Below are positions 19,827 through 30,643 of a DNA stretch of 64,000 bases, one piece after another (within the stretch, counting starts at the first letter, position 1; every line of letters begins with the position of its first letter). The DNA comes from a virus. The translations under genes were made by a program, and so were the position numbers. The notes under the pieces were generated by a model. The model searched no databases, had not been told where the DNA came from, and saw nothing but the letters and a program-made list of their open reading frames with translations. Location of the stretch: IMG/VR virus record IMGVR_UViG_3300020057_000035, positions 47,849-111,848 of that record. One strand, written 5' to 3'.

Positions 19827-20165
19827 TCATTTGAGAATCCCTAGGATACCATTTACAAATATCCCTCCTGTAACAAATAAAGCACCTCCTAGTAAAAACC
19901 AAATAAAAGCATTATCTAATTTATTAAGTGTTACTATTACAGCATTAATTGGTCCAACAACACCATCATGCTTTCCTTTTCTGTATGCCTTTTTTTCTAT
20001 TACTTCAATATCATCTAATGAATGTATTGTTTCATGGGAAGCACGCCACAGCTTTATTCCTGCAAGTGTGCCATTCATGGCTTTGAATTGATTTTCAAGT
20101 CCAGTAGTACGTTCTATAATAACAGTTAACTGCTTTAATACTTCTACTTCAAAAGCTTCTGCCAT
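19827..20165 (-). CDS. coiled-coil protein with C-terminal TM helix
   Basis: GGAG RBS; hydrophobic C-terminus. Confidence 0.55.
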   Translation of the reverse strand: MAEAFEVEVLKQLTVIIERTTGLENQFKAMNGTLAGIKLWRASHETIHSLDDIEVIEKKAYRKGKHDGVVGPINAVIVTLNKLDNAFIWFLLGGALFVTGGIFVNGILGILK

Positions 20166-20393
20166 CTAATCCGCTCCTTTTAGTCATTTTGGTTCTTGTT
20201 TTCGTGTAGGAATTGAAAAGCCAAAATGCTCTGATGGTAATTGTACCATAGGAGTTAATCCCTTGAGACGTACTATCTCTTCTTCAAGCATAATAATGCG
20301 TAATTTATATTGCCCAAGAGCAAGCATAAGTCTACCTATTGGTAGACTCATAGACTCGTCTTCTGGAGGAGATTCTGTATTACTCATATCAGG

Positions 20394-20651
20394 TTAAGGG
20401 AGGTGCTGGGTTACGGCATCAACCAAGTCATGTGCTACTCTCATGAAACTATCTTTTAATACACGTAATTCTTCAAGACAAGCATCAATGGTTTTTCCAC
20501 CTACATTAATAGGAGCTTGAACCGCTGCTTGTGCAGCATCAGCAGCACTACCAACTACTTTGATAGTGCTATCAAGTGTACTGTCAGCAAGATCAACTAC
20601 AACATTTGAGGTATTTTGGACTATATCAGACATTTTTTCTTTTCCTTTCAA
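20394..20651 (-). CDS. hypothetical Ala/Val-rich helical protein
   Basis: ORF in the minus-strand run. Confidence 0.55.
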   Translation of the reverse strand: MKGKEKMSDIVQNTSNVVVDLADSTLDSTIKVVGSAADAAQAAVQAPINVGGKTIDACLEELRVLKDSFMRVAHDLVDAVTQHLP

Positions 20652-21131
20652 TGACAGATAAAATATTATCTTGTTTCGTTAATTACTTGTCACTATTAGT
20701 TTTTCTTAAAGAAACAGATCCCTGTACTAAAGAAGTTAATAGTGTAGAACCAGAGGCAGCAAAGCTTGTAATTGTTAAAGTAAGTATACTTAGCCAGTAC
20801 TGAGTAGAAGTAATATCAATAAGCTGTAGTGCTTGTAGTGCCACTAGTGGTGGACTAAGTGTTCCAGCTATTATTGAGAAAAACATACGACGTATTGACA
20901 TATTAAACTACTTATTTTCCTTATAAGCTAAAAATTTCTCCAGCCTCTTATAAGTATATTATACCACGAAACAATTACACAAAAGCTGTAATTGTATATA
21001 TTTTATAACAGTTTTGAACTTATTGTTTCGGTTAAGATTTCATTAAGTCTTTGCAATATACAGTGTTGTTCCCACTGATTTGTTTCTGCCACAATAATAA
21101 ACAATAGCTTTTCTTAATTCTTCTAATTAAG

Positions 21132-21494
21132 TCATAACGTGTTCGCAACAAAATACCACGTTGGAGAAACATATTTAATACTTAACGTTTCGCAGAATTC
21201 CTTAATGTCTTTTTCCCATCTAATTAGATTATTGTTTGATGGTATTTTAATTTGAACCATTTGATAATTATTTGTTAAGGTTGATGATTCTATATGATAC
21301 AAATAATATACAGTAGCTTCTTTATTTTCAGTAGGTATATTGATACTTACTTTGCAGTTTTTCCATGGTGGTTTATTTGTTACTTCTTCCCACACTTCTT
21401 CCCAATCTACCTCTTTTTGTGTCACTTTATCCTTAAAGTAAATTTGATCTTTTCTTAATGGGAAACCATAAAAAGTTGAAGCCAAAGAATCCAT
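21132..21494 (-). CDS. hypothetical protein
   Basis: ORF downstream of tRNA-Gly. Confidence 0.55.
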   Translation of the reverse strand: MDSLASTFYGFPLRKDQIYFKDKVTQKEVDWEEVWEEVTNKPPWKNCKVSINIPTENKEATVYYLYHIESSTLTNNYQMVQIKIPSNNNLIRWEKDIKEFCETLSIKYVSPTWYFVANTL

Positions 21495-21513
21495 GTGATA
21501 CCGCCTTATTTAG

Positions 21514-22367
<854 letters not shown>

Positions 22368-22517
22368 AGTTAAAATCATAATAAATATTCATTTATATTT
22401 TGTTTTAATATATCCCATTCAAGTTGTGTCATTGCGTGCTTGGCTATATTCTCAAACCAAGTCTTCTGATGCCCTAATTGTCACTGGTTATTTGATCATC
22501 CCCTAAAATAGAATACT

Positions 22518-22593
22518 TGGAGCAGACAGGAGGCCATGATCCCCCAACCTCTTCATTACAAATGAAGTGCTCTACCACTTGAGCTATGCCTGC
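22518..22593 (-). tRNA. tRNA-Thr(TGT) with atypical T-loop
   Basis: GCAGGCA/TGTCTGC acceptor stem, CTTCA-TTTGTAA-TGAAG anticodon arm, T-loop ATCATGG, TCCA end. Confidence 0.85.
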
Positions 22594-22626
22594 AAAATCG
22601 CACTCTGCCAACTGAGTTACACTAGC
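22594..22626 (-). pseudogene. 5' half of a tRNA
   Basis: GCTAGTG-TA-ACTCAGTTGGCAGAGT-GCGATTTT ends at the anticodon loop, abutting tRNA-Thr. Confidence 0.6.
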
Positions 22627-22698
22627 CATTATATTATTCTAGCGAAAATACTGTAATAATCAGTATAGTTGAGTGGCATGCTAACAATCTACTGTCTC

Positions 22699-22727
22699 AG
22701 TATAACAGATTGAGTCCGTATTGTCAA
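22699..22727 (-). promoter_or_regulatory. sigma70-type promoter for the tRNAs
   Basis: TTGACA-17 bp-TATACT. Confidence 0.65.
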
Positions 22728-22962
22728 GAGATGTCTAAAAAATCAAAACCTCTTTATTTCTCATTTTAATCTTTTTTGCTTTAATTGTTATATTGTCTTG
22801 ATATGCTGCATATCCGTACGCAATATTAAAATGATCATATGCAAAATTTATAGCTTCTGACAAATAAAACCCATAGTGAATATATGAATACAATTTAATA
22901 ATAGAAAAATCATCTTTTTTTGTGTAAAAATCTACTATACATTCTTCTGGTTTATTAATTTT

Positions 22963-23292
22963 TTAACTCCATATTATGCTAAGTTCTGGTGTTAAACCAG
23001 AAGTTCTCCAATAAGGTTTATTATATTCTTCTTCTATAATAGTTACTTCTGGTGTTTCTATTCCTGTGAAAGTATTATTTAAATAATTGAATAATTCGCT
23101 TAATTTTTCTAATGTATGCGAATCAATTTTTACTCTCAAAAAAGCACACCAATAAACACTAGTTACATTTACTATTTTTCCGCACCCTAACATATTTAAT
23201 TTATTATGTAAGTCTTCGAATGTCTCTAATATCTCTGACTCATCTATGTCTTCTACTGTAATGTTTATTTTAAATTCTAATTCTTTTGTCAT
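22963..23292 (-). CDS. hypothetical protein
   Basis: ORF downstream of the ligase C half. Confidence 0.55.
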   Translation of the reverse strand: MTKELEFKINITVEDIDESEILETFEDLHNKLNMLGCGKIVNVTSVYWCAFLRVKIDSHTLEKLSELFNYLNNTFTGIETPEVTIIEEEYNKPYWRTSGLTPELSIIWS

Positions 23293-23301
23293 ATTTTTCT
23301 C

Positions 23302-23916
23302 TTATTCTTTAAAGTATAAAATGAATTCTGGATTTATTATTTTGAAACTAAGTCTACCTAGTTCTTTGTCTCTAATAGTATTGTCTTCTGATCTAATTAC
23401 AATACCCTCTGCCCACACATTATTATTTATTGTTGATTTAATTGTTGCTTTTGCAACTAATTCATCTATAGTAAATAATAATAAATCAGTACCTAAAAAG
23501 GGTACGTGTCTTAAGTCATTTATTTCACAAAAGACAAGCATCTCAAGAAAATCTAAATATCTATTTTCTTTTCTTGAGTATACGTTAAATACATATAGAT
23601 CTTGTTTAGAGAGTTTTAGTTTATTTCCTTGTATTCCCGGCCCTACTAATTCTCCTTGAACTACATAGTCATCAGAATATTTAGTTAGAATTGATTTAAG
23701 ATTTAATAGTTTTGCTATTCTCCAATAAGAATTATCTTCTGTTTCTTTTATATCTAAGTTTTTACTACACACATGTAATTCACTGTCTTCTACAAATGCA
23801 GTCATACTTGAGTTATGCACTAATATACCATTTGCAAAAAAACTATGAGTATGTTTTGTTTCTATATCATACTTATTTGAACTACAAGAAATCCTAGTTA
23901 TTTTTTTAATTTTCAT
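23302..23916 (-). CDS. Split RNA ligase, C half: 35-aa C-intein plus ligase motifs III-V
   Basis: YDIETKHTHSFFANGILVHN|SSMT; VQGELVGPGIQGN, LYVFNV, EGIVIR, SFKIINPEF. Confidence 0.92.
   Translation of the reverse strand: MKIKKITRISCSSNKYDIETKHTHSFFANGILVHNSSMTAFVEDSELHVCSKNLDIKETEDNSYWRIAKLLNLKSILTKYSDDYVVQGELVGPGIQGNKLKLSKQDLYVFNVYSRKENRYLDFLEMLVFCEINDLRHVPFLGTDLLLFTIDELVAKATIKSTINNNVWAEGIVIRSEDNTIRDKELGRLSFKIINPEFILYFKE
23812..23916 (-). mobile_element. C-intein of a naturally split intein
   Basis: blocks F/G ending HN, +1 Ser; Lys-rich. Confidence 0.92.
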
Positions 23917-24050
23917 TTATTCATTTTTCCTATTTCTTCTAAAATAAAACTATCTAACTCTTCATTGTGATATTAATTGAACCTCACTCGAATTAATCCA
24001 ACCTGTACTAATTACTTTAATATTAGATGTACTCAGGTTACTCCCTTGTG

Positions 24051-24569
24051 CTAGTATATCACCTTTGACTGAGAAATGTCAATAGAGGAGCTTTGCTCGC
24101 GCAAGACAGTAGGAAATGTCCAAGAAGCCGCAGTTAAACGAAAAACAATTTTAGTAGGAACATGGGTTACCCCCCTCTCCCACCTAGATACACTACTTTG
24201 ACTCACCCCTAGTGCTTTAGCGAATCCGCGCTGAGTTTGATGATTTTTTGTTAGGCCAGATGCTCTTAGTTCTATTAACTCTTCTGGCATCATTGGAGGA
24301 AGCAAACAATATTCTCTATTTCTCTCTGCATTAGCACGTTTATATTCTTCCATGCCGTTTATTTGTTCCTTATGGCTTTTCTTTATTAGATTATTGTACA
24401 AATGAAATATATCATAGTTAAATTTACGTGTTGCAAGTATCATCGGCGTAGTTGTGCCTTTTTTATTAGGAAATTGTTCTTCTATGCTCAAGCTACGCTG
24501 TCTCCAAGTTATTAATTTTCTCTTGGAAAAATACCCCATAAGCATACCATCATTGTCTTTAGTCATCAT
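24051..24569 (-). CDS. XRE-family HTH protein (HTH in the C-terminal part)
   Basis: TQRGFAKALGVSQSSVSRWERG. Confidence 0.7.
   Translation of the reverse strand: MMTKDNDGMLMGYFSKRKLITWRQRSLSIEEQFPNKKGTTTPMILATRKFNYDIFHLYNNLIKKSHKEQINGMEEYKRANAERNREYCLLPPMMPEELIELRASGLTKNHQTQRGFAKALGVSQSSVSRWERGVTHVPTKIVFRLTAASWTFPTVLREQSSSIDISQSKVIY
24053..24082 (-). promoter_or_regulatory. sigma70-type promoter upstream of the ligase C half
   Basis: TTGACA-18 bp (ending TGA)-TATACT. Confidence 0.6.
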
Positions 24570-24581
24570 TATTAGTTTGTC

Positions 24582-25481
24582 CTAATCCTTCGATATAAGC
24601 GGTATTTTAATGCACTTTACTGCTGGTCGTATGCCGCAAAGTGGCAGTTGGGTAGGTGTTGAAATAGGAGTCAGTGATCCCACTGGAATTAATGTTTCTG
24701 GTGTCCTAGTAGGTGTGAAAGAAAAAGTAGGTGTTCTAGTAGGGGTAGAGGTGCTAAGTGCTATTGTGGATGTTCCTACTGTGCCTGGAGGCGTATTTGC
24801 GGGAGTTCCCGAGCATACATAAACAGCACACACACCAGCAATATCATCAGAATGTGGCACTGTCATAATACCATGATATGAAGCAAACATTACTGCATTT
24901 GTATCTAAAGAATGTCCAAGTCCTGCGCAATGCCCTATTTCGTGCCATAGAACTGTTTTAAGATCTATTCCACCTGATCCCCAATTAGCATTAGAGGATA
25001 TCTCTATATCACATTCATCTGCTCCTGTCCACCAACAAGCAGTAGCTAATACAGTACCAGATATAGGATACCAATTTATAGTATTTTCTCCGTTAGAAGC
25101 AGCACCTCTACATAAATTAGCATTATCTGAAATAGAAGACAATCCTCCATATTGTAAAGATAGGTTTGGTGTTATTCCATTCCAGCTAGTAGTTACTGCG
25201 TTTGATACAACAGCTTCGTCATTTACTATAGTTAGAGATTTTCCTTCTGGATTATATCTAGTTACTATAGGCATTTTACTTCTCACAAAACCAGTTAACA
25301 CATAATTTTCTATGTTTATTTCTTCTTTTTCTAAAGAATAAACATCTATATTAAAAGTAGATCCATCTGCAAATGTTTTAGAGAATGTGTTAAAGTGTGC
25401 TTCTGCTTTAGTCATATTACTAAAAGTAATAAACACACCAAAAAACATAAACAAACTTAATAATAAATAAATATATCTCAT
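24582..25481 (-). CDS. secreted matrixin-family (M10) metalloprotease
   Basis: signal peptide, HEIGHCAGLGHS, Met-turn AVMFA, DDIAG, Pro/Thr linker. Confidence 0.88.
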   Translation of the reverse strand: MRYIYLLLSLFMFFGVFITFSNMTKAEAHFNTFSKTFADGSTFNIDVYSLEKEEINIENYVLTGFVRSKMPIVTRYNPEGKSLTIVNDEAVVSNAVTTSWNGITPNLSLQYGGLSSISDNANLCRGAASNGENTINWYPISGTVLATACWWTGADECDIEISSNANWGSGGIDLKTVLWHEIGHCAGLGHSLDTNAVMFASYHGIMTVPHSDDIAGVCAVYVCSGTPANTPPGTVGTSTIALSTSTPTRTPTFSFTPTRTPETLIPVGSLTPISTPTQLPLCGIRPAVKCIKIPLISKD

Positions 25482-25506
25482 ATTATTATTCTATCATGTT
25501 GTTTTT

Positions 25507-25730
25507 GTCAATTACTCACTAATTAATTCTACCTCTTACGTCTACTGTATATTACTTTAATGCCCAACCACCACCAACTAATGTTGTTATTGCTAAAATA
25601 ACTCATTGCTTTGCGCGTTCCAAACACCCATGCTCAATAAGAAATTATTATGTGTGGCAGGCGATTGTCAATTCGCCAATAGTGGGAAAAACTTCTCACA
25701 AGCTCACTAATTTATTAGTGAGTAATTGAC
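25507..25730. mobile_element. non-autonomous IS605/tnpB remnant bounded by inverted end copies
   Basis: GTCAATTACTCACTAATTAATT at left, ATTAGTGAGTAATTGAC at right; internal frame ARSKHP...WQAIVNSPIV resembles a TnpB C-terminal tail. Confidence 0.55.
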
Positions 25731-25731
25731 A

Positions 25732-26175
25732 TTAGTGTTCTCCAAAAGCTAATCTGAAATTATTTGGTTTGTATACAGATTCTCTCTGCATCATTCTCTC
25801 CTCTAATTCTGGATTGTGTTTTCTTATCAAAGATAAATACTCTTTGTAAAATACAGAATTGTGTTTTTCTTGTATTCCTACTTTGTAATGAGCTAGTTCA
25901 TGCAAACAAACTATCATTGCATCAATATGATCTTTTCCTATTCTTATAATTATATGTCCATCTCCGAAAGTTGTTCCACTAGAAAAAAACCCGCGTTCTT
26001 CTAATTTTCTAGTTTTAGTTATTGGTCTTATTTTTAGCTCTCTGTTTCCCTCTGATTTCCATTCTATTACAGGAGCAAAGGACTCATTATCAAATTCTTT
26101 TTCCAACAATATATACATAAATTTTTTAATTTTGTAATCGTGAAGCTTACTTACTAATATTTCTTTACTTATCAT
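25732..26175 (-). CDS. SprT-like zinc metallopeptidase
   Basis: HELAH...HNSVF. Confidence 0.65.
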   Translation of the reverse strand: MISKEILVSKLHDYKIKKFMYILLEKEFDNESFAPVIEWKSEGNRELKIRPITKTRKLEERGFFSSGTTFGDGHIIIRIGKDHIDAMIVCLHELAHYKVGIQEKHNSVFYKEYLSLIRKHNPELEERMMQRESVYKPNNFRLAFGEH

Positions 26176-26534
26176 TAAAATCCATAATTTGGATTAATGT
26201 ATATTATTTTTTTAGATCGTATATTCATGTCTATTAACGTATTCCAATATTTAATTTCTTCTGTTACACCAACACTATAATTCCATCCATCTAGTTTAAG
26301 TATCCACAACTCATCTGCTAAATTAAGCATATGAAAATCGTGCTTTTCCCATAGCTTAAATCCATGTACATCTGGTTCTTTAATAAATGGAACTAGACCA
26401 TGTGAGTGAGAAATAGGGGAATAAATGAAATACCCTTTACTAACATAATAAGCAGCAACTTCACATACTGCTTTTATCCTGTAATCTCTAGTTTCTTGTG
26501 ATTTATGTGAATATGGACTTGCCAAATAAATCAA
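26175..26534 (-). CDS. DUF1937-like (nucleoside deoxyribosyltransferase fold) protein
   Basis: IYLASPYSH, YSPISHSH, GWNYSVGVTEE. Confidence 0.75.
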   Translation of the reverse strand: MIYLASPYSHKSQETRDYRIKAVCEVAAYYVSKGYFIYSPISHSHGLVPFIKEPDVHGFKLWEKHDFHMLNLADELWILKLDGWNYSVGVTEEIKYWNTLIDMNIRSKKIIYINPNYGF

Positions 26535-28040
26535 GTATTTTTTACAGCTAACTGTAGTGCATTCTCAACGCGATCCCAACCTACACCATAGAGATCTCCA
26601 TAAGTCTTTCGAATGTATCTCCATTCTGATAAAGTATCAGCGAGCATCGTTATCAACTCTTCGTGGGTATTGAGGATACGAAACATCTCCCTCAGTATGT
26701 CATCACAAAAGTCTCCATCATCGCGAACAACCTCACATAGTAAAGTGTTTCCTTGTACTATGTATTGAACACCAAATGTAGTAGACTTATAAAGCTTCCA
26801 TACTGTATCATTTTGTTCACTCACTTGGTATTTATCACCTTTAATAGCTGAGAGTAAAGATACTCTTGTCTTGAAATTAATTGTTGAAAATCTAAAACTC
26901 TACCTTGATTAGTATATCCATACTTTAGAATGGCTTTAAGGCAATTAGGTAAATCGCTGTAATATCCAATAAAGGACTCTACAGTACCCTCAAGAGCCTC
27001 TTTTGTTTTTAGATTTCTTCTTTGTCTATCGTTTTTTCTGTTTACTTGCCAACCTGTTCCCTCTACTGAACATTCAAATATTACCCACTCATCAATTTCT
27101 AATCTAGTTGCATCTCTTGTTGTTTTCATAAGTTTATGTTACTCTCTCTTATTCTGTTTGTCAAGCGGCTCAAAGAATCTTCCATCTTGGCCGCAATATC
27201 CTAGTCTATTTTGTCGTTGTATTTTTGCAAAATTATAAATTTCTGTAATTTCTCCTGTTGATTTATCTATCTCTTCTTTAATCGCAGAAATATGAGTACA
27301 AAAACTCCATCTGTCTCTGTTTCTAGGCTCTATTTTATAATGTTTACATTCTATACAGATTTTTACCAATCTTTTATATTCTCCGGTTCTAAATCAATCA
27401 TTTATTCTATCATTTATTCTATTCACTGCTTCTAAGTATTCACTTACTATTCGCGCCCAATAAAAGTATCTTTTTTTAACATATAATATTGCTATATTAA
27501 AATATTCTGTATTATGTAATCTAACAATATATGCTGCTATTTCCACATCATTAGGATTGTATTTATTTTTACTATTCCATCCCATTTTTTTAACCCAATT
27601 AAACACTACTACATCAGATTTATTTAATAGAAACTCATATACTTCTGATTGTTTTATTTTTTCTATTGCATCATTGGCGTGTCTACAATTTAATACTAGC
27701 TTATTAAGTTTCTTAACATCTGTTCTCGGGGCTAGTACTATAGCACTCATATTATTTAATCCTCTGGGAGGATATAATTATTATCGTTTGCTTTAAGTTG
27801 CGCTAGCATTTCTGCTATCTTAGGGTTTTTGTGCTTCATAAGAGGACTATTATGGTTAGTCTTAGAGTACCACGCTTGAAAACCTCCAGTTACTGTAGTA
27901 GATATATGGAAGGCAATATACCCTTTATCTAATAACTGTTTAGGTATATACCAAAATATGTCATTGTTTTCTAATGAATCAAAAGCGGTAAGAGGGAGAA
28001 ATTTCTCTAAATCTTCGTATAGTTTTTCAATATTAATCAT
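26531..28040 (-). other. run of five small hypothetical genes (26531-26824, 26821-27129, 27139-27369, 27394-27750, 27756-28040)
   Basis: tightly packed co-directional ORFs with no recognisable motifs. Confidence 0.55.
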
Positions 28041-28158
28041 AAATATATATTCTTAATTCTAAACCATGTTTGTTTAGTTTCCCACACTCAGGACAAAGTT
28101 GTGTTGAAGGAAAACTTCTTGAAACGAGTATTGTCTCTGATTTCTTTTGTAAATCATT
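28033..28158 (-). pseudogene. tnpB fragment (zinc-finger region)
   Basis: translates as ETILVSRSFPSTQLCPECGKLNKHGLELRIY. Confidence 0.55.
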
Positions 28159-29014
28159 AAAATTCCTTACCGCTTTGATTTACGTCAAACACAAATAAAC
28201 CCATCCTTCTCCACATTCTCACAACTCTTGGTCGATCATCAATTACAAACAAAACATTCCAAAAATCTTTAATATAGTTATTAAAAATTTCTCTTTTTAC
28301 AATATCATCTGCTCTATGATCTCCTTCTTTTCTCATAAACAAAGCTAAATATTCTACATTGTGTTTCTTGAGCCATTGTTCTGTCTCTTCTCTGAATTCA
28401 GAAGTTCTACCAGACAAAAGTATTATTTCATATGGTAAAGCAGAAATAATATTGTATACAGGCAAATTTAATTCATCATTTATGAAATCTCTCTTGTAGG
28501 GATTTTTATCTCCACCAAAAATCGAGAGTGTGCCGTCGATGTCCACAGTTACGGCTTTTTCTAGTTCTGTGTTTGGTACATATTGTTTTAGTTCTTGAAC
28601 CTGATCTCCATATCGTTTATCATAATCTCTAATTACTTTTTCCCCTACTGATTTATCTCTTAACGAATCGCGTCTGATTGCTTCTTCTACTTCAATAGGT
28701 ACTTGAATAATTTGCATTCCAATATTAGGGTCAATCAATTGTGCAAGCGCAGAAATATGAATAATAGCGTTACCAAAATTAGTATTATCTACTACTACTG
28801 TTTGATTATTCTCAATACCAATTCTGATAATCTCATCTTGAATAAGATTTACAATACGTTCATTTGGTTTACTGTGTCTGGAGTCATGAAGCATGGATCT
28901 TATGTCGTCTTTTGAAACCCTGAGTGATGTGTCTGGTAATTTACTTACTATTTCTCTTGCTTTAGTACTTTTTCCTGCGGCAATTCCCCCTTGCATTACA
29001 ATTATAGTAGACAT
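28157..29014 (-). CDS. pseT: polynucleotide 5'-kinase/3'-phosphatase (T4 PNK-like)
   Basis: GGIAAGKST, DDIR, VDNTN kinase motifs; DIDGTL, LSGR, IDDRP HAD phosphatase motifs. Confidence 0.93.
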   Translation of the reverse strand: MSTIIVMQGGIAAGKSTKAREIVSKLPDTSLRVSKDDIRSMLHDSRHSKPNERIVNLIQDEIIRIGIENNQTVVVDNTNFGNAIIHISALAQLIDPNIGMQIIQVPIEVEEAIRRDSLRDKSVGEKVIRDYDKRYGDQVQELKQYVPNTELEKAVTVDIDGTLSIFGGDKNPYKRDFINDELNLPVYNIISALPYEIILLSGRTSEFREETEQWLKKHNVEYLALFMRKEGDHRADDIVKREIFNNYIKDFWNVLFVIDDRPRVVRMWRRMGLFVFDVNQSGKEF

Positions 29015-29137
29015 TTCTTATATTCCTCATATTTTTTTAAATCTTTATCTAAAAATTTCATTGTTTTATTCTCTAGTAGTTCGTCTTATTTGTCCTATCC
29101 CCGGAAGGTATTCCATTTAGATATATTATTGTTTCCA

Positions 29138-29443
29138 CTATAATTGATCAACTAACATTAAAAGATCCCCCACCTTTAAAAGATCTGCTCTCCTATAACA
29201 ATTCAATTCAGGAACCCAGACCTTGTGATTACCAGTTAAGGTTATATTTGTTCCGTTCTCTAATTCAATTTCATACCAATCATTTGATTTTGAACCTATT
29301 GAATGCCCAACAACATCATCCCAGAACACTTCTTCTTTTTCAGTGTCAAAAGACTTTATTTTACCAGTATATTTAATATCACAAACTTCTTTTATAGTCT
29401 TTGGTCCATCCTCTGTATCTATTACAGCACAGTCCGAAAGACA
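29138..29443 (-). mobile_element. N-intein of a naturally split intein
   Basis: Cys1, block B TLTGNHKVW, RADLLKVGD then stop; acidic; no endonuclease domain. Confidence 0.92.
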
Positions 29444-29992
29444 GCCATCAACTTTCTCTGTGACGTAGATAGGAACGCCAGAATGCCTCTGTAGCACAGT
29501 AGGAACACTCTGTATTCGTGTTTCGTCTGTTTTCGATATGAAACTAGGGAAAGATCCTCGCACGAGTCCAGAGAGCGATCCAATTAAAGGTATCTCATAT
29601 TTATGAATCCCCATTAACTCGGTTACATCCGTTCCTTCTTCAAGAATATCTTGTGTAAATCCATAATTAGACATGAAACTTGATAAATCAGAAATAGGTA
29701 AACATAAGCCTTGTGACACAGATCCGCGCAAGCGAACCGTACGTAATCTGTATCCTTCTTTTGTTTCTCCATTTACATTCATAGTTTTTCTTCCGTCTTT
29801 TTCCATGAATTCAAATAGGGTGTGTATAGGTAAAAAAGCATCAGGTTCAATAAATACAACTGTATCATTTACATTAAATTTGCCTTTTTGTACGCACAAA
29901 TTCCAGCCCAAAACAACCGCTATTTCTAGCAGATCAGCGTTGGGGTGTTTTTTTATTTCTTTAATTTTCTGGATGCTTGCGATTTTTCTCAA
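29138..29992 (-). CDS. Split RNA ligase (DRB0094/Rnl2-like), N half plus 101-aa N-intein
   Basis: RKIASIQKI...HPNAD OB-like domain, LRGSVSQGL, FISKTDETRIQ, motif I EKVDG then CLSDCA intein start. Confidence 0.93.
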   Translation of the reverse strand: MRKIASIQKIKEIKKHPNADLLEIAVVLGWNLCVQKGKFNVNDTVVFIEPDAFLPIHTLFEFMEKDGRKTMNVNGETKEGYRLRTVRLRGSVSQGLCLPISDLSSFMSNYGFTQDILEEGTDVTELMGIHKYEIPLIGSLSGLVRGSFPSFISKTDETRIQSVPTVLQRHSGVPIYVTEKVDGCLSDCAVIDTEDGPKTIKEVCDIKYTGKIKSFDTEKEEVFWDDVVGHSIGSKSNDWYEIELENGTNITLTGNHKVWVPELNCYRRADLLKVGDLLMLVDQL

Positions 29993-30219
29993 AATTAAGA
30001 TGCTCCTTGTTTGTATCTTAACTGAAACTTAGTATTTTGTCAAGCGGTCGGTGACATTTATTTTCCCAACACGCCATCGTAACTTTCTTTCCTTTTTCCC
30101 CCTGCGTTATGTGCCAATGATCAAATGATAAATAAGTATGATAATCTTCTTTTTCATCTTTACACATGTTGCAATATCTTTTTGAACCATCTACTTTAGG
30201 ATAATGGAAATGTCTCATT

Positions 30220-30591
30220 CTAACTCTGCTTTTTGAAAACCCTTACATCTCCTACTTGAACATATTGAACTAGTCTTTTTTTACACCTACTACATATTTC
30301 TATTTTTTCTGTCCACAAACATGCCCACCCAGGATTCCCAGGAAATGCTTCATTGCAATTAGTTGTTACATCTACTCCATTTATTTCAACATATAATTCT
30401 GTACTTTGTATATCTACTCCGTCTACTTCTATATATAATCCAGACATACCATGAGTTTTATCTATTCTAATAGGAAAATCAAATCTATTACATTTTAAAC
30501 ACAATAACTGATTATTCATCCATGATCGATCTACTAATTTAGCTTTTTCTGGATCTGCATTAATTGTTTTAAATCTATTGTTTCTATTCAT
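30220..30591 (-). CDS. hypothetical protein
   Basis: ORF with a short internal duplication LYIEVDGVD/LYVEINGVD. Confidence 0.55.
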   Translation of the reverse strand: MNRNNRFKTINADPEKAKLVDRSWMNNQLLCLKCNRFDFPIRIDKTHGMSGLYIEVDGVDIQSTELYVEINGVDVTTNCNEAFPGNPGWACLWTEKIEICSRCKKRLVQYVQVGDVRVFKKQS

Positions 30592-30643
30592 TTGGTACTA
30601 ATATTGCTCCTTCTACTTAAACTGCATATTAACATTTATTGCC

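Noticed and set aside
20394-20651. Resemblance to chlorosome envelope or phasin-like amphipathic proteins
   Set aside because: Compositional similarity only; no specific motif
29015-29137. Remnant of a free-standing homing endonuclease after the N-intein (and before the C-intein at 23917-24000)
   Set aside because: Only very short Lys/Glu-rich frames with no recognisable nuclease motif
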